Assembly (NCBI GenBank): GCA_963716725.1
Contig: CAVQUB010000008.1
Coordinates: forward strand, 160,001-224,000
Reading direction: 5' to 3'
Origin: an uncultured delta proteobacterium
GTDB taxonomy: Bacteria; Myxococcota_A; Polyangia; Polyangiales; Polyangiaceae
Length of the DNA: 64,000 nucleotides
Made by a program: the position numbers and the translations under genes. The notes below the pieces were generated by a model. That model searched no databases. It saw only the letters and a program-made list of their open reading frames with translations, and was not told the DNA's origin. This document shows positions 1 through 9,900 of the stretch, in pieces (positions within the stretch are counted from its first letter, which is position 1; every line of letters starts with the position of its first letter).

Positions 1-79
1 GAGCGTTGGACCGAGCGAGTCCGACCGCGACCCCGCGCCCGTCTCGATGACCAAGAAGAAGCAAGGGGCGAAAGAGTGA
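1..79 (+). CDS. 3' end of an upstream gene (partial)
   Basis: Frame 2 reads SVGPSESDRDPAPVSMTKKKQGAKE* with GC-rich third positions; its TGA overlaps the next GTG start (GTGA). Confidence 0.55.
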   Translation, partial: SVGPSESDRDPAPVSMTKKKQGAKE

Positions 80-2073
80 AGCGTCTCGTCTTTGCGCTCT
101 GCTGCTTTGTGCTGGCGATCACGGCTCGATCTGGCTCTGCGGCAGCTGCGCCGATCGAGGTGCGGGCGAAGACCGGAGGCTTGCCCATCGAGCTCTTGCC
201 CCAAGGCGGTAGCTACGGTGCTCGACTGGTGGTCGAAAATCGCAGCGCTGCTCCCACCAAGGTGCAGGTCGTGCTGCGCGAGGGCGGCGAGACCGACCCG
301 CGGCTGCCTCTGGGCATGCGCGCCCGCTTCGTCGACGGCGACACCGGCGTGCTGATCCAACCCGGGCAACAGCGCGAGATCGAGGTCGAGCTCTCGCCCG
401 CGCGCGGGCGGCGCTTTCATGAAGTGTACGGGCACGTGGTGGTGACGGCCGAGGACGAACCGGACATTGCGGCCGGTTTCCACGTGGCGCTGCCGGGATC
501 CGAGTCGATCTTCACCGGGCGTCACTTGTCGCTGGTGTGGCTCGTGCCGCTGCTCGGCGCGCTGCTCGTGCTCGGGCTCCGCGGCCGCGAACCGAAGCCG
601 GGCGTGGCGAGGATCGTCTGGATCGGCGCCAGCGCGATCCAGCTCGGATTGATGGTGTGGGCCGCCTCCCGCTTCGACGTGCTTCACACACGATTCGCTG
701 GTGGGGATGGTCTGCAGTTCGTCGAGCGCATGACGCTTTGGCGCGGGCTCGGCATCGAGTACGCCCTCGGTGTCGATGGCGCCACCCTGGCGCTCGCGCT
801 CAGCGTGGCATTGATCGGCTTGTTGTCGGCCGCGCTCGCCGAAGACGGCCACGCCGCCCGCTTTGGAGCGTTTGGCCTGTTGATCGTCGCGAGCGTCAGC
901 GGGGCGATCCTGGCCCTCGATTTGGCGCTGATGCTGGCGTTTTGGCTGGTCGCTCTGATTGGCGCGGTGCTCGCGCTCGCATCCTGGGCGGGGGATCGGG
1001 GTCTGGCTCGCGGATCGGCCATCGTGCTCGGATTGGGCTTCGCGCTCGTCGCCTTCGCGGTCTGGCAGATCTCTGGGACCGCGACCTCGGCCTACCTGAT
1101 CGACGGCGCGCCAGCCGCGCGCGTATTCTCGCTGGTCGAGCTGGCACACGGAGGCTTCGTGCCGCGGAGCCCGACGCTGCTCGGTGCGCAGCCGATCAAG
1201 GTCGTGACCTGTTGCCTCGTGGTCGGCAGCGCGCTCACGCTCGGCGCGGGACCCTTCGGCGGCTTTCTCTCTGCAACCGCGTCGCGCGCGCCGACATCGC
1301 TCGTGCTCTTGCTCGGCGGCGGAGTGACCCTCCTGGGCGCGCACGCGCTGGTCCGGGTCGGCTTCACCGCCCTCCCGAGCGGATCGGCCTGGGCCGCGAT
1401 GGGGGTGGCGGGCTTTGGCGTCGCGTGCACGCTGTACGCGTCGTTGGTGGCCCTCGTCACCAACGATCCGCGCCGCTTCGTCGCGCTGGCGCTCTCGGCC
1501 TCTGCAGGCGCCATTCTCGTGGGCGCCGCATCGCTGACCGCCGCGGGTCTCCAGGGTGCACTGCTGATCACGATCTGCCGCGGGCTCGTGCTCGCGCTCT
1601 GTCTCGGCGTGCTGACGATGGGCGCTAACGTCACCGGGTCCATTGCGCGCAGCTCGCCGATGCTCGCCGGCCTCGGCGTGGTGGCGTGGGTCGCCGCGGC
1701 GCTCGGACCCGGCACGCTCGCGTTCGCCGGCGTCGCGTCCACCATCTTTGGCGCGCTGCCGACGCTGCGCGGGCTCGCGCTGGCGGAGGCTCTAGCGCTG
1801 ACGGTGCTCGCGGTGGCCGCGCTTCGCAGCTACCGCCGCGCGTTCCTCGCCGGCGCCGAGCCGTCCATCGAGGCCCCGGCGCCGCCCGAGCGCGAGATGT
1901 CCGTGGTGCTCACGGCGGCCATGCTGCTGCTGGTGCTCGGGCTCTGGCCCCGGCCCTTACTTCGGCTGATGGACTCGAGCTGCCTCGATCACGCCCAACG
2001 CGTGAGTCCGCCCGGCGCCCTCGAGATCGTGCGGCTGTCGCCAGGCAGCGAGCGCGTCGCGTCCGGGCTCTGA
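76..2073 (+). CDS. NuoM/MrpD-like proton-antiporter-family membrane protein with signal peptide and N-terminal soluble domain; charged pumping residues degenerate
   Basis: QFVER..LGIEYALGVDG, D..L..FW and LGLWPRPLL landmarks of complex I subunit M; many TM helices; N-terminal signal peptide. Confidence 0.75.
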   Translation: MKRLVFALCCFVLAITARSGSAAAAPIEVRAKTGGLPIELLPQGGSYGARLVVENRSAAPTKVQVVLREGGETDPRLPLGMRARFVDGDTGVLIQPGQQREIEVELSPARGRRFHEVYGHVVVTAEDEPDIAAGFHVALPGSESIFTGRHLSLVWLVPLLGALLVLGLRGREPKPGVARIVWIGASAIQLGLMVWAASRFDVLHTRFAGGDGLQFVERMTLWRGLGIEYALGVDGATLALALSVALIGLLSAALAEDGHAARFGAFGLLIVASVSGAILALDLALMLAFWLVALIGAVLALASWAGDRGLARGSAIVLGLGFALVAFAVWQISGTATSAYLIDGAPAARVFSLVELAHGGFVPRSPTLLGAQPIKVVTCCLVVGSALTLGAGPFGGFLSATASRAPTSLVLLLGGGVTLLGAHALVRVGFTALPSGSAWAAMGVAGFGVACTLYASLVALVTNDPRRFVALALSASAGAILVGAASLTAAGLQGALLITICRGLVLALCLGVLTMGANVTGSIARSSPMLAGLGVVAWVAAALGPGTLAFAGVASTIFGALPTLRGLALAEALALTVLAVAALRSYRRAFLAGAEPSIEAPAPPEREMSVVLTAAMLLLVLGLWPRPLLRLMDSSCLDHAQRVSPPGALEIVRLSPGSERVASGL

Positions 2074-2081
2074 CTGGACCG

Positions 2082-2915
2082 TCAACGCCCCGCGGCCTCG
2101 AACTCCGCGCGCAGGCGCTTCTCTTCTTGCCCGAGGCGACCGATGACTTCCATGGTTCGATCGGCCGCGGTCTTGTAGACGCGCACCGACCCGGGACGCG
2201 CGTACAGGTCGGAAAAATCGATGGGCGCGCCAAAGACCACCAACACCGGGTTGCCCGTGCGGTCGTAGTTGCCGATGACTTGACGCGGAAAATCGTTGAT
2301 CAGGCCGTTGACGAAGACCGGAATCACCGGGACCTGGGCGGCGTGGATCACCTTGCCGACGCCGGGTTGGGCTCGCAGGAAGGTATAAGGATCGTCGTCG
2401 AGCTTGCGCGTGCCTTCGGGGTGGAGTCCGGCGAAGACGCCTCCCCGGCGCAGGAGCCACACCAACTCGTCCAGGCTGGTGACGTTCAGCGCCTGCTGCT
2501 TCTTGTCGCGGAAGATCGGCGGGTACATCGCGAAGAAGCTCATCACGCCGTTCACGAAGAGCCCGGCCGGCGAGTCGTAGAAGAAGCCGGACCGGACCGG
2601 GAACACGATGCGGTGCTCGAGGCCGCGCCGCACCAGGTCGCCGGTCACCAAATACAGATCGAAGAAGCTCCGGTGGTTCGAGACCAAGATGAAGCTCTGC
2701 GCCTGGTCGAGGGGCGGCAAGCGCTCGAGGCCGTGCACGTGCCGCAGGTGCTTGGTGAAGTGGTGGATCCAGGTCGAGCCGAGGTGATGTTGGCACCAGC
2801 GGATCGCGCGCTCGGTGCGGCCGGGCTCGAAAGTCCGCCGCACGAAGCGGATCTGCGCGCGCTCGAGCCGGCTCAGCCGATCACCGGCGACGCGGAGCAG
2901 GTCAGGGCGATCCAT
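2082..2915 (-). CDS. Lysophospholipid acyltransferase (PlsC family)
   Basis: NHRSFFD (HxxxxD) and HPEGTR motifs. Confidence 0.85.
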   Translation of the reverse strand: MDRPDLLRVAGDRLSRLERAQIRFVRRTFEPGRTERAIRWCQHHLGSTWIHHFTKHLRHVHGLERLPPLDQAQSFILVSNHRSFFDLYLVTGDLVRRGLEHRIVFPVRSGFFYDSPAGLFVNGVMSFFAMYPPIFRDKKQQALNVTSLDELVWLLRRGGVFAGLHPEGTRKLDDDPYTFLRAQPGVGKVIHAAQVPVIPVFVNGLINDFPRQVIGNYDRTGNPVLVVFGAPIDFSDLYARPGSVRVYKTAADRTMEVIGRLGQEEKRLRAEFEAAGR

Positions 2916-2916
2916 C

Positions 2917-3732
2917 TCAGGACGGCAGCGGCTCGGGCGTGCGGTCGAACACGATGTCCACGTAGCCCGGCGGCGGGACGAAGTCGCGCACGGCTTCGAT
3001 GATCTGCTGGGTGACCTCTTCGAAGTCGATGCTGCGGGACTTGGGGCGCAGGCTGAGGGTCAGATGCGGCTCGAGGTCGCGATCGGCGTTGAAGGTGGAG
3101 ATCACCTCGTAGCGCTCGATGCTGCCCAGATCGGCGAGGCAGTTCTCGACCGCGTCGAGAAATTCCTTCGGGGGCGCCTGGTCGGTCTCGGCGATCAACG
3201 TCTTCTCGAAGTCCTGCATCGGGATGTCGCGCACGTAGCCGACCAAGGGCAATGCGCGCCCCTGGGCCATGCTGGCGACCTCGTGCCGTTGAAGCATCAG
3301 CTCGGTGTCGTGGCTCGCGTTGACGATCAGCGCCATCACGTTCTCTTCGTCGATGATTTGCAGGGCCAGGTCCAGGGCGATCTTGGCCGGCAACGAGCAG
3401 TACTCGAGGGCGCCGTCGTCCGTCTGCCAGCCGATCTGCTCGGCCATGGGCTCCAGGATGTCAGGACGGGTGAACATCGCGCAGAAGAGCTGCCCGCCTT
3501 CGTCTTCGAGCAGGTGGGGCGCCAGGGTCAGATCGTCATTGAGCTGCATTTGCTCGCCCAGGGGCGCGCCCGGCACTCGCTTGGCCAAGGGCACGTAGAG
3601 CTCTCCGAGTTCCATGCGCTGCACGAGCTCGGCCACGTCGCGCCTGAGCCCCCGACGCGCATTCTGCACCCAGTGGGTGAGATCCGAGGGATCGAGAACG
3701 TCTCCTCCGCTGCCGTTGTCTCCTGTCGACAT
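2917..3732 (-). CDS. SseB family protein
   Basis: Acidic two-domain protein with LYVP..., CAMFT and ALIVN segments typical of the SseB N-domain. Confidence 0.6.
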   Translation of the reverse strand: MSTGDNGSGGDVLDPSDLTHWVQNARRGLRRDVAELVQRMELGELYVPLAKRVPGAPLGEQMQLNDDLTLAPHLLEDEGGQLFCAMFTRPDILEPMAEQIGWQTDDGALEYCSLPAKIALDLALQIIDEENVMALIVNASHDTELMLQRHEVASMAQGRALPLVGYVRDIPMQDFEKTLIAETDQAPPKEFLDAVENCLADLGSIERYEVISTFNADRDLEPHLTLSLRPKSRSIDFEEVTQQIIEAVRDFVPPPGYVDIVFDRTPEPLPS

Positions 3733-3803
3733 GGGTCGGCGCGATTATCATGCAATTGCCGTCGACGCACGCGCCCCATTCTGGCAAAAAAGGACAAACT
3801 GCG

Positions 3804-4760
3804 ATGAGCGCCGAGCGACGCAAGCTGTATCCAGCGTTGGAAGCGAATCAAACCGGGCGCTTGCGCGTCTCGGACGTGCACGAAATCTACTGGGAAGAGA
3901 GCGGAAACCCCCAGGGCAGGCCGGTGGTCTTCGTACACGGCGGACCTGGCGCCGGGACCGAGGCCAGCCACCGCCGCTTCTTCGACCCCGCGCGCTATCG
4001 CATCGTGCTCTTCGATCAGCGCGGCTCGGGCAAGAGCACGCCCCACGCCTGCCTGGAAGACAATACGACCTGGCACTTGGTCGCGGACATGGAGACGCTC
4101 AGACAGCACCTTGGCATCGAACGCTGGCAGGTGTTCGGCGGGTCCTGGGGCTCGACGCTCGCGCTCGCCTACGCCCAGAAGCACCCCGAGCAGGTCACGG
4201 AGCTGGTGCTGCGCGGCATCTTCCTGCTGCGGCGCTGGGAGCTCGAGTGGTTCTATCAAGAAGGCGCAAGCCGGCTCTTCCCCGACGCCTGGGAGAAGTA
4301 CCTGGCGCCTATCCCCGAGGAGGAACGCGCCAACCTGATCGACGCTTACCATCGCCGGCTGACCAGTGACGACTCGAGGGTGCGCCAAGAAGCGGCGCGC
4401 GCCTGGAGCGTGTGGGAAGCGACCACCAGCTTTCTCCACGCGAACCTCGAGCACATGTCGCACGCCGCGGACGACGACTTTAGCCTCGCGTTCAGCCGCA
4501 TCGAGTGCCACTACTTCGTCAACGGCGGTTTCTTCGAGAGCGCGTCCCAGCTGCTCGATGGCGCGAGCAAGATCCGCCATCTGCCCACCACCATCGTGCA
4601 GGGCCGCTACGACGTGGTCTGTCCCGCCCAGACCGCCTGGGATCTGAAGCGTGTCTTGCCGAGCGCGGATTTGCGGATCGTGCCGGACGCCGGCCACAGC
4701 GCCTTCGAGCCTGGCATCGTGCACGAGCTGGTCACCGCGACCGACGCCTACGCGGGCTAA
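3804..4760 (+). CDS. pip: Prolyl aminopeptidase (proline iminopeptidase)
   Basis: HGGPG, FDQRGSG, GGSWG nucleophile, QGRYD and AGHS motifs. Confidence 0.95.
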   Translation: MSAERRKLYPALEANQTGRLRVSDVHEIYWEESGNPQGRPVVFVHGGPGAGTEASHRRFFDPARYRIVLFDQRGSGKSTPHACLEDNTTWHLVADMETLRQHLGIERWQVFGGSWGSTLALAYAQKHPEQVTELVLRGIFLLRRWELEWFYQEGASRLFPDAWEKYLAPIPEEERANLIDAYHRRLTSDDSRVRQEAARAWSVWEATTSFLHANLEHMSHAADDDFSLAFSRIECHYFVNGGFFESASQLLDGASKIRHLPTTIVQGRYDVVCPAQTAWDLKRVLPSADLRIVPDAGHSAFEPGIVHELVTATDAYAG

Positions 4761-4831
4761 ACGCCAATGATTCCGGCGGCTTTCCGGGCCGCGCTGCAAC
4801 GCGGGCCGCGGGGGTTATGCTCTGTGCCGCC

Positions 4832-6256
4832 ATGGCCATCGCGACCCCTACCGATTTCGCATCCCCACCTCCCAAGACCGCCTCCAAGACGGACATCGTC
4901 GAAACGGTCGACAAGCTCCGCGCCACCTTCGAGTCCGGGGTGACGCGCCCCGCCGAGTGGCGCGTCACTCAGCTCCGACAGCTGTACCGAATGATCGAGG
5001 ACGAGGAGTCCAAGATCCTGAGCGCGCTGAGCAGCGATCTCGGCAAGTGCGCCGCCGAGGGCTTCATCGGCGAGACCAACATGGTGATGGGCGAGGTCAA
5101 GCTCCTCTTGTCGAACGTGCGCCGCTGGATGCGCCCGCGCACGGTGAGCGCGCCGCTGACCGTGCAGCCCGCGAGGGCCAAAATTCACCCCGAGCCGTTG
5201 GGCGTCGCGCTGATCATCTCTCCCTGGAACTACCCCTTCCAGCTCGCGATAGCTCCGCTGGCCGGGGCCATCTCGGCGGGCAACTGCGCGGCGGTGAAGC
5301 CCAGCGAGGTCGCGCCGGCGACCAGCGCGGTGATCGCCGAGCTGTGCCGGAAGTACCTCGATCAGAGCGCGGTCGCCGTCATCGAGGGCGGCGTGCCCGA
5401 GACCACCGCGCTGCTCGAGCAGCGCTTCGATCACATCTTCTACACGGGCAATGGCACGGTCGGACGCATCGTGATGCAAGCCGCGGCCAAGCACCTGACC
5501 CCGGTCGTGCTCGAGCTGGGCGGCAAGAGCCCCTGCATCATCGACCGCGACGTGAACCTCGAGGTCGCGGCGCGGCGCATCGCCTGGGGCAAGTTCTTCA
5601 ACGCGGGACAGACCTGCGTCGCACCCGACTACCTGTTGGTGCACGAGGCCGTGAAGAAGCCGTTCTTGGACAAGCTGGCTGAGGTCATCCGCGAGTTCTA
5701 CGGCGACGACCCCCAGAAGAGCCCGGACTACACCCGCATCGTCAACGCGCGTCACCACAAGCGACTGTGTGCGCTGCTCGACAGCGGCAAGGTGTTCGTT
5801 GGCGGCCAGACCGACGTGAATGATCGCTACATTGCGCCCACCGTGCTCACCGACGTGAGCCCAGACAGCGCGGCCATGCAGGACGAGATCTTCGGACCCA
5901 TCTTGCCGGTGCTCACCATTTCGAGCCTCGACGAAGCCGTGCGCTTCGTGAACGATCGCGACAAGCCGCTGGCTTTGTACGTGTTTTCGAACGACGCGGA
6001 TCGCGCCCAGACCGTCATCGACGGCACCAGCTCCGGCGGTGGTTGCGTCAACGACTGCGTGATGCACCTGGCTCCCCACGAATTGCCCTTCGGTGGCGTC
6101 GGACCCAGCGGCATGGGCGCCTACCACGGCAAGGCGAGCTTCGAGTGTTTCACCCACATGAAGGGTGTCTTGCACAAACCCTTCTATCTCGACGCACCGC
6201 TGCGCTACCCGCCCTACACCGACGACAAGATGAAGTGGGTGAAGCGACTTTCGTGA
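4832..6256 (+). CDS. Aldehyde dehydrogenase (ALDH3/fatty aldehyde type)
   Basis: PWNYP, KPSE, YTG, LELGGKSP, GQTCVAPD, EIFGP and PFGGVG motifs. Confidence 0.95.
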   Translation: MAIATPTDFASPPPKTASKTDIVETVDKLRATFESGVTRPAEWRVTQLRQLYRMIEDEESKILSALSSDLGKCAAEGFIGETNMVMGEVKLLLSNVRRWMRPRTVSAPLTVQPARAKIHPEPLGVALIISPWNYPFQLAIAPLAGAISAGNCAAVKPSEVAPATSAVIAELCRKYLDQSAVAVIEGGVPETTALLEQRFDHIFYTGNGTVGRIVMQAAAKHLTPVVLELGGKSPCIIDRDVNLEVAARRIAWGKFFNAGQTCVAPDYLLVHEAVKKPFLDKLAEVIREFYGDDPQKSPDYTRIVNARHHKRLCALLDSGKVFVGGQTDVNDRYIAPTVLTDVSPDSAAMQDEIFGPILPVLTISSLDEAVRFVNDRDKPLALYVFSNDADRAQTVIDGTSSGGGCVNDCVMHLAPHELPFGGVGPSGMGAYHGKASFECFTHMKGVLHKPFYLDAPLRYPPYTDDKMKWVKRLS

Positions 6257-6888
6257 ACTACCCGCCGCCGCCCTGGGAGACCTACGGCTTCGGTGTGATG
6301 TGTCCGTACCTGGTCCGGGTGAGTGATCTGAGCCTGCCGCCGGGCTTCGAGCCGGTCGCCATTGCGGGTCGCACCTTGGGCATGTTCGGCTACATCGAGT
6401 ATCGGCCGCCGTCGCCGCTGGTTTACGGCGAGCTGCTCTGGATGCCCGCGACGGTCCGGGTTCGTCGCAGCGACGGGCGCAGGGTGAGGGGCCATTTCGT
6501 GTCGCGCATGTACGTCGACCACGAGGACTCGCTCGCGGCGGGGCGCGAGCTCTGGCACCTGCCCAAGTCGCTGGCGCGCTTCGATCGGCGTGAGCGCGGC
6601 GTCGACGTCGAGGCCGAAGACGGCACGCGGCTGTCCTTCGACTTCGACGGCGTCGGTCCAGCGCTGCACCTGAGGAGCCGCGTCTCGACCCTGCAACCCA
6701 CGGGCAACGGCGTGGTCAAATTCTCCGCTGGTTTCTCTGGGATCATGCGTCCCGCCCGCACCCGCGTCACGCGATTCGAAAGTCCACACCCGGGCTGGGC
6801 TGCGTTCGAGAGCGCACGGCGCGCGCTGGGACTCGGGGTCTGGCTCGAGCGCTTCGAGAGCACGATGCTGGCGCCCGAAGACCTCTGA
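6253..6888 (+). CDS. Acetoacetate decarboxylase-family protein
   Basis: YPPPPW start, YGEL and MYVD...AGRELWHLPK motifs; GTG overlaps the ALDH stop. Confidence 0.75.
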   Translation: MNYPPPPWETYGFGVMCPYLVRVSDLSLPPGFEPVAIAGRTLGMFGYIEYRPPSPLVYGELLWMPATVRVRRSDGRRVRGHFVSRMYVDHEDSLAAGRELWHLPKSLARFDRRERGVDVEAEDGTRLSFDFDGVGPALHLRSRVSTLQPTGNGVVKFSAGFSGIMRPARTRVTRFESPHPGWAAFESARRALGLGVWLERFESTMLAPEDL

Positions 6889-6930
6889 TCAGTCGACGTG
6901 TCGGGCTCCGACGACTAACCTTCCCCTCCA

Positions 6931-9900
6931 ATGTCCGAACGCCCCTCTCTCGCCAGCGTCGTCGCGGGCATCAAAGAGGCGTTCAGCGCGCGCAAGCGCC
7001 GGGCCTGGATGGGACGGACGCGCGCCCATGTCGAGCTGCGCGAGCTGAGCGGAGACGAGCTCGAGCGCTTCGCGACGCTGCTGCGCGAGGCAGCGGCGCG
7101 CATGGCGCAGGTCAAATGGGTCGAGGTCAATCCGCATCTGCGTCGGGCGGTGATCGAGATCGAGCGCGGCGCCTACGAGCTCGAAGATCTGATCGAGCTG
7201 GTCGAAGCGGCGGAGCGGAGCGCCGCCGTCGACAAAGCGTCGTTCTCGGAGACGGCGGCAGACCACCCCGCCGACGCCGAGCCGCTGCATCAGCTCGGGC
7301 TCGGTGCTGCCCTCGACATGGTCGGTTTCGGGTTGGGCACGGTGCTCCGACTGTCGCCGCTACCGAAGTCAGGCGTCGCCGCCTCGGTGGCGGCCGCGGC
7401 TGCCGTGGTGCGCGCGGTGCCTCGCCTGCGCCAGGGCCTCGACCAAGCGCTGGGCACCCAGCGTGCCGAGATCACTTTGAGCAGCGTCATCTCCCTGGCG
7501 CAGGGCGCGGCGCAGCGGCCGGTGGCGTCCCTGGTGGATCTCGTCCACAAGGCAGCGCTCTTGCGCGAGGCGCGGACCCGGCAGGACACCTGGGAGGCCC
7601 GTGAAGCCGAGCTGTGCTCCGCGCCCTTCGAGCACGACCTTGGACGCGCGCGCATCGATCCGCGCCCCGTGCCCCTGCCGCGGGGTCCCATCGAGGAGTA
7701 CGCGGACCGAGCGTGGGTCGTCTCGCTCGGTGGCTTTGCCGTCAGCTTTCTCACCACGCGAAGCGTGCAACACGCAGTGGCCGCGCTCTTCGGCGCACTG
7801 CCAAAGCCGGCGCGCATGGGCCGTGACGTCTTTGCGGCTGAGCTCGGCCGCGCGCTCGCGGCGCGACGCGTGCTGGTGAACGATCCCGACGTGCTCCGGC
7901 GTCTCGATCGCATCGACTGCCTGGTGATCCAAGGCGATCTGGTCGCGCGCGACCGTTATGAGGTCACCGACGTCGTCACGGTTGAAGGTGTGTCGCGCCG
8001 CGAGACCCGCAGCCGCGCCCTCGAGCTCTTCGAGCCGGAGCATCCGGTGAGCGTGATCCGGCGCGGAAACCTGGTGCTCGGCCCTTTCACGCGACTCGGT
8101 GCGAGCCTGCCGCCGGCCCTCGAAGAGCGGGCGACGGAGTGGTCGCGTCGCGGGGAGCTGTGCCTCGCCCTCGCGCGCGACGGTCGAGTCGAGGGGCTCG
8201 TCGCGCTGTCGATGATCCCGCAGACCGGCATCGAAGAGCTGATCACCGCCGCGCACGAGGCGCAGATGAGGGTGGTGATCGCGTCGAACGATGAGTCGGT
8301 GCTCGAGGGACTCAATGTCGACGACGCCATCCCCTTTGGAGACGGCTTGCCGAGCGGGATCCGGCGTCTGCAGCGCGAGGGCCGCAGCGTGATGTTGGTC
8401 GCGACGGGGCGCGCCAGCGGTGTCGGCGCCGCGGACTGCGCCATCGGGCTGGTTCGGGCCGGCGAGCCGCCGCCCTGGGGCGCTCACCTGGTCTCGAGCG
8501 ACGATCTGTCCGACGTGCGCTTCGTGCTCCACGCCTGCGAGGCCGCCAAGAAGGTCGCGAAGCAGAGCGTCAACGTCGCGCTCGGCGCGGCCGCCGTCGG
8601 AACTCTGGTGTCGGCGGGCGGCGTCGTGAGCATGACGACGAGCCGAGTCTTCACTGTCGTCAACACGGCCTCGCTGATCGCCATGGGCAACGGGATCCGA
8701 AACAGCGCGGCGCTCGAGCGTCGCGCCCTGCCGCCGCCCCGGGATCGCACGCCTTGGCACGCTCTCGACGCGCACGGCGTGATGGCCAAGCTCGGGACCA
8801 GTGAGACGGGGCTGTCGAAGAGCGAAGCGCAGGCGCGCAAGCGCCCCGCCGTCGGCGACAAACCCGCGCTGCTCGAGCTCTCCGAGGCCGTGACCGACGA
8901 GCTCTTCAATCCCCTGGCGCCGCTGCTCGCGGCCGGGGCCGGGCTCTCGGCGGTGGTGGGATCCGTCGCGGACGCCGGCATGGTCGGCGGCGTGGTGGTG
9001 CTCAACGCCGTGGTCGGCGGCGTCCAGCGCTTCCGCACGGAGCGCGCCATACGGAGACTTGCCACCGACACGACGCGCCGGGCACGGGTGCGACGCTCGG
9101 GTGAAGTCGTGACCATTGACGGCAGTGATCTCGTGCGCGGCGACGTGGTCCTGCTCGAGCCCGGTGACGTGGTCCCTGCGGACTGCCGCATGGTCGGCAC
9201 CGAGAGCGTCGAGGTGGACGCTTCGAGCCTCACTGGTGAGTCCCTTCCCGTGAAGAAGAACCCGGCCTCGGCCTACGATCCCGAGATCGCCGACCGCGCG
9301 AGCATGCTCTACGAGGGCACCAGCATCGCCGCCGGCCGCGCGACCGCGGTGGTGGTCGCGACCGGAGACGAGACCGAGGCGCGGCGCGGCTCGAACACCT
9401 CGCGGCGGGACATCGCCACCAGCGGGGTCGAGGTCCGCCTGCGTTCGCTGATCAATCTCACGGGTCCCGTCGCGCTGGGCGCCGGTGCCGCGCTGATCAC
9501 GGTCGGTGCTCTGCGTGGGCGCGGGTTGAAAGAGGTGGTCAGCTCGGGCGTGAGCTTGGCTGTGGCGTCGGTGCCCGAGGGGCTGCCGCTCCTGGCCACG
9601 GCGGCGCAGCTCGCCGCCGCCGAGCGGCTCAGCAAACGCGGCGCGCTGGTGCGCAACGCTCGCAACATCGAGGCGCTCGGACGCGTCGATGTGCTCTGCG
9701 TCGACAAGACCGGCACGCTCACCGAAGGACGCATCGACCTTCGCCGCGTCTCGGATGGAGTCAGCGACGCGGCGACAGAGGAACTCACTTCGCGGGAGCT
9801 CGTGGTCCTGGCCGCCGCGCTGCGCGCCAGCCCCGAGCTCGACAACGCGGCGTCCTTCGACCCGCTCGACGGAGCGTTGCACCGAGCCGCGGGGCAGCAG

